The position numbers and the translations under genes are program-made. Shown here in pieces: positions 10,601-17,500 of a DNA stretch of 64,000 nucleotides. The DNA comes from a virus. The notes under the pieces are model-generated. The model was given only the letters and a program-made list of their open reading frames with translations, was not told the DNA's origin and did no database searches. How positions within the stretch are numbered: the stretch's first letter is position 1; every line of letters begins with the position of its first letter. Location: IMG/VR virus record IMGVR_UViG_3300020056_002227, positions 96,001 through 160,000 of that record. The stretch is one strand, 5' to 3'.

Positions 10601-13600
10601 CAGCGTATTCCTACCAAGAGAGCGTTCGAACATCTGGCTGCAACCGCGGCCTCTATCGTTCAAGAAGTTGCAGTAACACCTACCACAGGTAATGCTCAAG
10701 TACAGGACGTATCTGGTACAGCCGCAGATGCTGCTACAGGTACAGCAGTGGCAAACCTGTTTAATATTATTTCTGGTGTTGTCGATGATAATGATCTCGA
10801 CAATCTGACCACTACCGAAGTCAAGCCACTTGCTGATCCTAATAGAACAGTTGCTCGTCAGCAGATCCAAATGAACAAAGAGTTCATTATTGATGAGGTT
10901 GTTGCTTATCTCAACGATGAGTTCTTCACCTTTGACGGTGAGAAATGTAAGAGAGATTTGGGCCTGATCATAGATGCAGTAAGACGAGACGTACTGACTG
11001 GTTCTGATTTCAATTCAAACTTTAACGGTCAGGCTTATAGGTCTGGAACTGTAGGTTCGAATTTGGTCATTGATGAACAGCTCACAGAAACCGTTTCTGC
11101 TATCAGATATGCAAAAGACCTTTGCGTGAATTCGATCGTCGATCCTGCTACGGCAACAATTGCTGCAGCAAGATTCGACAAGATTATCGATATCATGGGT
11201 AATGGTACTGCATATTCTAACGTAATTGAATACGGTTTTGATTCTGTCACGGCTGAAAGAATTAATGCAAGATCACAGTTACAGCTCAATAGAGCGTTCA
11301 TCCAGGCAGAAATAACTGCATGGATTGCACTGAATTACGGATCACTCACATATGATGTTGCTAAGTGTGAAAGAGACGTTGGCTATCTGGTAGATTCTGT
11401 GTCTTGGGATATTCAACACGGTGGTAATACAGCTTCGAGAAATAATGCAACACTGTATTTTGAGAATGCTGTAAGCACTCTACCTGAAGATCAACGTGCT
11501 CCTACTGCAGCCGCATTTGTTCACCTTGCTGCAGTTGCTAGATTAATTGCTAATGGTGATCCTGTCACACCTACAACTGGTAATGCCCAGACACAGAATA
11601 CTGCTTCTGGTAACTCCGGTGGACCAATTGCAAGTGTTGTAGAGTCTCTATTCACAATTGTCGCAAATGCAATTCAGCAAAATGGAATCGACGGATTACC
11701 TGCTCTTGAAGAGCCTATTGTAACTGCTTATAATCCAGAATTGCAAGCCGCATATAATTCTATGGGCACAGCAAAGATAACTGCCCAAGACGGCGTATTG
11801 CAACACCTTTCTACTTACTTCAATACTCTTTACTACAATGAAGATAAGTGCAGAAGAGATACCGGCTACATTATCGATGCCGTATCACACGATATTCAAT
11901 ACGGTGGTAATGCTGCTACTGTAAATGCTGCTCACAACTACTTCCAAAATGCTGTAAGTACATTGCCTCTCAATCAGAGAGAACCTACCAGAAAGGCATT
12001 CTTACGCTTGGGTATGGTGATGAATCATATTACCCGCGAGATGGAAGTAACACCGACTGTTGGAAACACACAGACTCAATTCTATAACCATGTTGCTGCA
12101 AATCCTGCAACAGGCATGTTGGTTGAAGATCTGGTTAAGATTGTTGCTAATTCGGTTGATGATGCAACTCCGGCAACTACAGCAATTCCTGCAATTGTTG
12201 AACCTTCTCAGACATGGGTTTCTGGCAATTACACCAGTGCTGTAGATGTGATAGAGAGTTCTTCTAAGACATGGGCAGACGGTGTGATCAGTCACATTAG
12301 TACCACTTACAACGGATTGAGCTTCCCACGAGGTAAGTGCAGAAGAGATGTTGGATATCTTGTTGATGCCGTTTCTCACGATGTTCAATACGGTGGAAAC
12401 TATGCTAGTAGAATTGCGGCAGGAATTTATTTTGAGAATGGAATTTCTGTACTCCCAGCAGACACTAGAGTACAAACCGCTGACATTTATAATTTCCTAG
12501 GTGTTCTATTGGCTGGTGTTGTGCAAGAGACTGATGTTTCTAATACTACACTAACAGATACAGCACAAGATACAAGTGGTACTCCTGCTACTCTAACCGA
12601 AGGTACAAGAGTTGCAGAGTTGATATCGATAGTAGAAACCGTAATTAGAGATGACGATTTAGATGCTCTGCCAATTATGGAAGAGCCAGATACATCTTGG
12701 GTTGCGGCAGATCTCATTGCAACAGCAGAGATGATCGATGACAATACCGAAGAGCTGTCAATTGATCTGGTCGAATTCTTAAGAAGAGAATTTGATGTTC
12801 TGGATTACAACCGAGATAAGTGTCGACGAGACACTGGATATCTACTTGATGCATTTAGCTATGATCTGAACTATGGAGGTAATACTGCATCTCGCTGGAA
12901 TGCTGACTTCTACTTCTGGAATCAGATTTACAGAATCCCAGAAGATCAGAGAGTACCTACTGCTAGATCTTATCAGCAACTCGGTCGAATCTGTAAAGAT
13001 GTTGTCCTTGGTAAATACCCAGGTCAGGTCGTCAAGAGTGGAACTGGAACCGAGGTAGAATCTAAAAAGGTTCAGGACCTTGCAAACATCTTCTACCTGA
13101 CTCAAATAAATAACGATACAACATATCTACCCGTAAAAGAAGAGCCAGATTATAGCTGGATTCCAGATATTGTATCTGATGTGTCATCGATTCTGGAGTT
13201 TAATAAGATTGATCTAGCTTTCGATACAGTAAGATATGTAAATGCGACATATAAATACATTGATATTAATCTCACACGTAGAGATGGTTTGAATTTGTTG
13301 AAGGCCATTGAGCAAGACTTTAAGACGCTCAACCCACAGGGGCCACCTGCTTCAGATGATTACCTAGAGAACGGAGATAGACAAAGAACCAGAGCATATA
13401 CAGCTGCATTGTTTGATTTCAATGGTAATCAGGCATTCCCTGTATTCAATGCTACAACACCTGGTTTGAGGTATCAAAGTTCTGTACAAAGAAGTGCTGG
13501 TGATGCAACTGATGTTGATGGTGCAATCCCTCTGGCAGACCGCAAACCATATTATGCATATATTGTGGCAACAGACTTGAATACAAGTTTCTACGCTGGA

Positions 13601-14098
13601 GATATATACTATTGGGATGGAACACAATGGATATTTGATGGGCCAAACAATACCGATCTACTAGATGCCTTTACTGGTGCTTGGGAGAGAATGAGAGATT
13701 ATCTAGTTACTCTTTCACCAGATGCAGATCACACTGCAATGATTAATGGCTTGATCGATGATTGTTTGATCGATAACGTACTAAGACCAGAAACATTGAC
13801 ATTCGGGTCTCTAGTTGAATCGATTGCTCACCAGTTTAACGGTGCCTCTGCTGGTGTAAACAGAAACGCACTTCCATTGAACTTCCGAAACCTTGGTCTG
13901 CCAATCTCGGCACTGGCCTCGGTTCTCTCAGAAGATGGAGGACGTGTGAGATGGTCTGGTGCTGATGAATTGAATAACCAGTACTTTGCAAGGGGTTTGA
14001 GAATCAACGGTAGAACAGGAAGAATTGAAGGTAGACCATTTACCTCATCGGTAAGAAAACTTGCAAGAAGAGCTTCTAACAGCAGAGCTTCAGTATAA
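4610..14098 (+). CDS. giant putative virion protein: N-terminal beta-solenoid repeats, pectin-lyase-like beta-helix, 11-12 phycobiliprotein-like (globin) repeats and 4 beta-rich modules
   Basis: 3162 aa. SxFxNG repeats at about aa 60-340; beta-helix entry motif IYVDAAKGDDDNPGT..PIRTLERA; KCxRD motifs at Cys 794, 933, 1173, 1619, 1758, 1917, 2113, 2253, 2414, 2577 and 2738; four YTPxxAxYDPxTG modules. It lies in the late structural region. Confidence 0.75.
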   Translation: MSKISELGPITGANTRSEDLFVIVNLVQGDDGTKNITRKELVEALQYEIFSRIRITGESITTTFISNSDLDNVRIDNSTMEDSDISRSDFNNGTLRNSSGDNLVIINSQFNDGTADNIVITNSQFNQGDMEDVDGDNVRLINSTIDDSAISDSTANNISITDSTFNNGALSNSTANNLAITASTFDNGELTNSTGDNLDITNSNFENGTIANTQIETSVFQNGVVRDSDLINVDITDSTFDNGDLTNSSGDNLTIVNSDFSDGTGNNNVFTNTTVDRSLITNSEIANTSFTGTMDGVVATNMTITSSTADGFSQKNSTFEDGGIDRSTFENGVIDKSKLVDFDMEINDEFEPHIDENSWFALKNEKTGEVERITYAQFFSEISKTTESDLKIYVDAAKGDDDNPGTVLQPIRTLERASELAKEKAGGSFDRNAINNAIHITVGPGTYYTKGNIALPDDCAMTSTAGQYATVIEALPGYEQNNAILVGSGNYVQGFAFQNWKIDNFDFPEGGFACAYRPGAKLLRSPYIRDSSQLSNFLREDVEPPLQPFNTKGNVLDLGREFILEVGHTGAFLQDDEITFSSGAKGYISWDDTNDADAGLTPDLATNRKIFVRNLKNNKGFAVGDTVRSESGGLGVIQEIGIDNFPNPLVGRGGGCMLADRRVLDPDSLYTYVLCFGFTPRSQNGMGYVARDGAGVNGIGSLSIFVRVAFYALNGGQMTLNNSGTQFGDISMRAKGSTKIFAPKDTTANMLGNSAFADVITDNEDLIIQDMVEYLTANTASGGLGYTGYDAAKCERDSKIIIDGLGYDMSLDTNYWGRLAGITYRSPISSKVVGEQLEATLGANRYLQDRINDVFQGSNTEIFTRANTSWNELYNVVEYGEENMNPIIFADTGNSARTSAREIIQDNRSFIQDELLDWIDDNDQFYAYDSVKCRRDTTEYILPAVKYDMLLDTNYNSVRAGGAYYMKSAEKVVGQQRNETIAAYKRLKEQTNELIDANSFIGTTRVDEGFDEIIAALDNRGTLYTPTDATYDPDTGLMVATIGAHTLTVGRKILIGEGGITFSCGTDGNVTQISHPRPTDPAFNSPLEILAVTATTITVDVGTSFYKGVHTFVSALDNSIIELGSEITFSDDAAIPADRRNARKQLQANRGFLQDMVIGYIDNNYFLYDSEKCERDMTQYILPAVERDVITGSNFNARQTGIAYRAGTMGAETVVRQQLPETVGAIEHLKGLTTAGVNDPAASHRAEESFNQIIDIVNSNGKTYTPTSGTTYDPDTGQMILEIGSHDLQEGQSIIIADESVTFTCALDSNVTQHSYPQKGHPAYRTPVTINKVTATTISVNVGGYENGTVHTFVSATADCIKAGSYISTYTPSDAQYDPTNGVMVAVIGKHNLVKGDYIQFKPLSITFECNGDQITHPRPTDPFYNKQIKVDAVTATSITMNVGDAGGYTGAHTFVSAEVGAIEADPIIWTDPATYLDYYTPTDATYDPSTGISTVTLPGHDIEIGDYVEFAPYSFTFTCADDGNATEHSYPRKGDSNYRETMEVTNVAGDVITVNVGGTGGGGLHTFVSASDAAVAKTTYNSQGQRAREQLQANRTFLQEEVMAFLDTQYFVFDGDKCSRDTGYILEAVRRDVSTGSNYNSVYAGLAYRAGTTSGDYVISDQLPQTVAAIGYLKDEIASRVTGSELTAANAGFDEIIDILSNGTGNADTLNFGTATVGITGQNGRLHLQANKTFLQEEAIAYIAQEFPGFVYDQAKCRRDIGYLVDAISFDISHGSNTSAINFARLYFDKGISTLPENQKAKTAEVYEHLANVASNIVQAIGVTPTTGNAQSQDIANADAGIEIAKRTYDLMDLTAKVIREDTLDWLPTAIEPGYNTVAQMTASNTIDGITESLQGGVIKYLREFHNGLPYNKEKCYRDVGLITDAISKDIEYGGNASTIEAAKYYFTVDERLASSYEELRTKNVLSIPVTGQFSVLDDLAAVSGLREATNILPQEQRIPTKRAFEHLAATAASIVQEVAVTPTTGNAQVQDVSGTAADAATGTAVANLFNIISGVVDDNDLDNLTTTEVKPLADPNRTVARQQIQMNKEFIIDEVVAYLNDEFFTFDGEKCKRDLGLIIDAVRRDVLTGSDFNSNFNGQAYRSGTVGSNLVIDEQLTETVSAIRYAKDLCVNSIVDPATATIAAARFDKIIDIMGNGTAYSNVIEYGFDSVTAERINARSQLQLNRAFIQAEITAWIALNYGSLTYDVAKCERDVGYLVDSVSWDIQHGGNTASRNNATLYFENAVSTLPEDQRAPTAAAFVHLAAVARLIANGDPVTPTTGNAQTQNTASGNSGGPIASVVESLFTIVANAIQQNGIDGLPALEEPIVTAYNPELQAAYNSMGTAKITAQDGVLQHLSTYFNTLYYNEDKCRRDTGYIIDAVSHDIQYGGNAATVNAAHNYFQNAVSTLPLNQREPTRKAFLRLGMVMNHITREMEVTPTVGNTQTQFYNHVAANPATGMLVEDLVKIVANSVDDATPATTAIPAIVEPSQTWVSGNYTSAVDVIESSSKTWADGVISHISTTYNGLSFPRGKCRRDVGYLVDAVSHDVQYGGNYASRIAAGIYFENGISVLPADTRVQTADIYNFLGVLLAGVVQETDVSNTTLTDTAQDTSGTPATLTEGTRVAELISIVETVIRDDDLDALPIMEEPDTSWVAADLIATAEMIDDNTEELSIDLVEFLRREFDVLDYNRDKCRRDTGYLLDAFSYDLNYGGNTASRWNADFYFWNQIYRIPEDQRVPTARSYQQLGRICKDVVLGKYPGQVVKSGTGTEVESKKVQDLANIFYLTQINNDTTYLPVKEEPDYSWIPDIVSDVSSILEFNKIDLAFDTVRYVNATYKYIDINLTRRDGLNLLKAIEQDFKTLNPQGPPASDDYLENGDRQRTRAYTAALFDFNGNQAFPVFNATTPGLRYQSSVQRSAGDATDVDGAIPLADRKPYYAYIVATDLNTSFYAGDIYYWDGTQWIFDGPNNTDLLDAFTGAWERMRDYLVTLSPDADHTAMINGLIDDCLIDNVLRPETLTFGSLVESIAHQFNGASAGVNRNALPLNFRNLGLPISALASVLSEDGGRVRWSGADELNNQYFARGLRINGRTGRIEGRPFTSSVRKLARRASNSRASV
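6860..13400 (+). repeat. array of 11 (+1 degenerate) KCxRD helical repeats
   Basis: Consensus R..AR.Q(L/I)Q.N..F(L/I)..E...(Y/F)....Y(D/N)..KC.RD.GY(L/I).DA...D...GGN; spacing is 139-163 aa where no insert is present. Confidence 0.9.
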
Positions 14099-14113
14099 AG
14101 GATAGAGAAATAA

Positions 14114-14584
14114 ATGTCATATACAACTAAAATAGATCCAGTAGACGGTACTACGATTATCGTTACTACCCAGGCTCCGGATGCACTACCAATTGGAAAG
14201 ACCCTGGAGTTGAGTACAGAATGGCAGGTACTTATTGATGTTCCAAAATTTGAAGTTCCTGAGCTTGTATTCGGTGGTTCTACCACTATCGAACCTGGAA
14301 TTGGTGAGGTAATTTCTCCTCTCATTGTTGCAAATAAAACAAGTAATACTGTTGCAATTGATGTGAGAACGCACCGATTCATAGAGCCGGTGCCAGGCCA
14401 AGGAAATGAATTTTATCTTATTAGAAACCTTAGGATACCTGCTTATGATACCATACCAATTCCGCTTAATGGACAGTTTTTTGCTACAGGTGACACATTA
14501 GAGGCCAAGGCCAGTGCAAACTTAGCAATTGACTCAACTATATCATATACCTTAGGACAAGCGGAAGAGTACGATGTCGACTAG
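14114..14584 (+). CDS. small beta-rich virion/adaptor protein
   Basis: 156 aa with an LIVANK...IPAYDT...GDTLEAKAS pattern; its stop overlaps the start of the next gene. Confidence 0.65.
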   Translation: MSYTTKIDPVDGTTIIVTTQAPDALPIGKTLELSTEWQVLIDVPKFEVPELVFGGSTTIEPGIGEVISPLIVANKTSNTVAIDVRTHRFIEPVPGQGNEFYLIRNLRIPAYDTIPIPLNGQFFATGDTLEAKASANLAIDSTISYTLGQAEEYDVD

Positions 14585-17500
14585 ATTTAGATCCATTGGC
14601 TCCAAGACCATTACTCTTGGGCAGGGAATACCACAACAGTTTCCCATTCAATTAGATCCAGCCCCATTTGAGGGTGCCATTGTTTATGCAGATAATGGTA
14701 CAATTAAACTCTCGAATGGTACGGCGTGGGTTGATGTTGGAGCAGGGCCTCAAGGTGTCCAAGGTTTTACAGGTACCCAAGGTGTCCAAGGTATCCAAGG
14801 TGAGTATGGGCCAGGATTTACAATCATCGGTTCGGTACCAGATGTAGACGCAGGTGGTGATCCACAAGCAACTTTAAATGCAGCATTCCCCAGTCCAAAT
14901 ATAGGTGAAGGTGTCATCGATGATACCGACGACGAGCTTTGGATTTGGGATGGTACCAATTGGATTAATATCGGTTCATTCCGTGGTGTTCAAGGTCTTC
15001 AAGGCACTCAGGGTGTTCAAGGTCTTCAAGGCACACTCGGAGAAAAAGGTATTCAAGGTACCCGTGGTTATAGAGGACCACAGGGAACCCAAGGTACTCA
15101 AGGTTTCCAAGGTGTTCAAGGCTTCCAAGGCAATCAGGGCATACAAGGTGTCCAAGGGCCTCAGGCCTCACAGGGTACCCAAGGTATTCAAGGTAATCAA
15201 GGACTTCAGGGTCTTCAAGGTGTTCAAGGACCGCAAGCTTCACAAGGAACTCAAGGCTTCCAAGGCAATCAAGGGATGCAGGGTTTCAACGGTGATGATG
15301 CTGGATCGGTATATGAATATCGACTACTAAATTCTAATATTGAGGCTGACCCAGGTAGTGGTCAGATGATTTGGAATTTACCTAGCAACCCAACCGATAC
15401 TTTCTCCACAACTACAAGAATTTGGATTGACGATGAAGCCTTCTATGGCGTAAACATGGAAGGAATTTATTCGGCAATCGCAGCAGCAGACTCTGTTAAT
15501 AAAGCCTACATGAAGGTAACAAAGCGTGGGCAACCAGATGATTATGTTGTATTTACTATTCAGGCAATTTCTGATAGTACCGGTTACTGGCAATTAGATG
15601 TAACATTTATAGCCGGTAATGCAATCAGAGAGAATTTCGTTGAAGAAACATCACCTGGTGTTTTTACTTCTTATCCTCTACTCGTAGATTTTTCTATCAG
15701 TGGTGATAAGGGAATTCAAGGTGATCAAGGCACCCAAGGTTTCCAAGGACTACAAGGACCTCAAGGTCCACAAGGAATGCAGGGAACACAAGGTGTTCAA
15801 GGTGTCCAAGGCCCACAAGGGCTTACCGGTAATCAAGGTACCGTTGGTGCTTACGGCGGTGTAACATTTAGATACGAGTATAATGCTCTCGATGTAACTA
15901 ATACAGACCCCACACCCGGATTCTTAAAGGGTGATAATGCAATATTAGGTAATGCTACTGAATTATACATTGACGTCACTGATGCTGATGGTGTTACCAT
16001 TAGTGCAATGCTTGCAGATTTCTATGCGTCTTCAAATCCAAATAGTAAGGGCTATTTGAAACTGGCAGATGCATCCAACGTCTATAATTATGCTCTCTTT
16101 GAGGTGACAGGTGGTAACCTTGTAGGTACTGCTGGAACTGGATATCACGCAGTAGCAGTAAATAGTCTTGTTACAGGTCAAACCTATTCTAACGGTACAG
16201 ATTTCCGAATCTCATTTATAAGAACTGGTGATCAAGGCATACAGGGCAATCAAGGTACTCAGGGTATTCAAGGTTTCCAAGGTTCACAGGGTACTCAAGG
16301 CTTCCAAGGATCTCAAGGGACTCAGGGTATCCAAGGTGTTCAAGGACCACAAGGTCTTCAAGGTACTCAAGGTTTCCAAGGAACACAAGGCACACAGGGC
16401 ATTCAAGGATTACAGGGTGTACAAGGTTCCGTTGGTGATTTCGGTGGCCTTACATTTGATTATACATTCGATTCTGCGACCACTGATGCAGATCCTGGTC
16501 AAGGTAATTTAAGGTTTGATAATGCTGCATTTGATTCAGCAACTAAAATGTATATCGATGACCTCGATGATGCAGCTAATGATCTTTCTCCACTCTTCAC
16601 GGAACTTGACATTAATGCAAGTGGTGTAAAAGGCCTGTTTAGAATTATTAATGCAGCCGATGTTACCGAGTTTGCTACATTCAATTATACAGAAATCACA
16701 GATTCTACCGGTTATCATACCTTTGATGTAGCCCACATTGCTGGTGTAACCTCGTTCACAAATGGCGCAGATATTAGAATTACATTTGTTCGAACTGGAG
16801 ACCCAGGCCCTCAGGGTGCTCAAGGTTCTCAAGGACCTCAGGGTACCCAAGGTTTCCAAGGTGTTCAAGGGCTACAAGGTATCCAAGGTACACAGGGCAT
16901 CCAAGGCACACAGGGCATCCAAGGTATGCAAGGTACCGTAGGAGATCACGGTGGACTTTCTTGGAATTATCTCTTTGATTCAAATACAAGTTCTGGATCG
17001 GCCCCAGTTGCAAATAGCTGGAAGATTGATAACTCCAATATAACGCTTGCAACGAAGCTTGTCATCGATGATATTCCAGATGATGCATACAGCAACGAAT
17101 TAGATGACTTCTTTACCTATCTTGGTGCAATACCCGGTTCTCCAAAGGGTCATATTCTTATTGAGAGCACAGCGGATAACGATGGACCTGCAGGTCATCA
17201 CTTTGTTGTCTACGAGTTTACTGCATTTAACTGGGATAGTGCATCTGAATTATACGGTATCTTTGATGTAAACTACATTGCATCAGGAGCTGTAACAAGT
17301 AATAACTGGAATAACGTAGAGTCCGATCACGGCCCAGATACACTGGTTCACTTTATTCCGGCTGGACCACAAGGTACTCAGGGACCACAAGGTACTCAAG
17401 GATTTACTGGTATTCAAGGTGGTGCAGGTGCCTCCGGTGGTGTAACATTCGAATATGAGTTCGATACAGATACTGGCACTTCTCTCTTAGGTGCACCTGG

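Noticed and set aside
13250-13257. TATAAATA inside the 3162-aa gene
   Set aside because: It is about 860 nt from the next start in AT-rich coding sequence and could be chance.
6860-13400. KCxRD repeats as captured cpc/apc/cpe photosynthesis genes
   Set aside because: They are fused in tandem inside a 3162-aa structural-type protein, are highly diverged, and appear to lack the N-terminal X/Y helices used for alpha/beta pairing. No linker, lyase or bilin synthesis genes are in the window.
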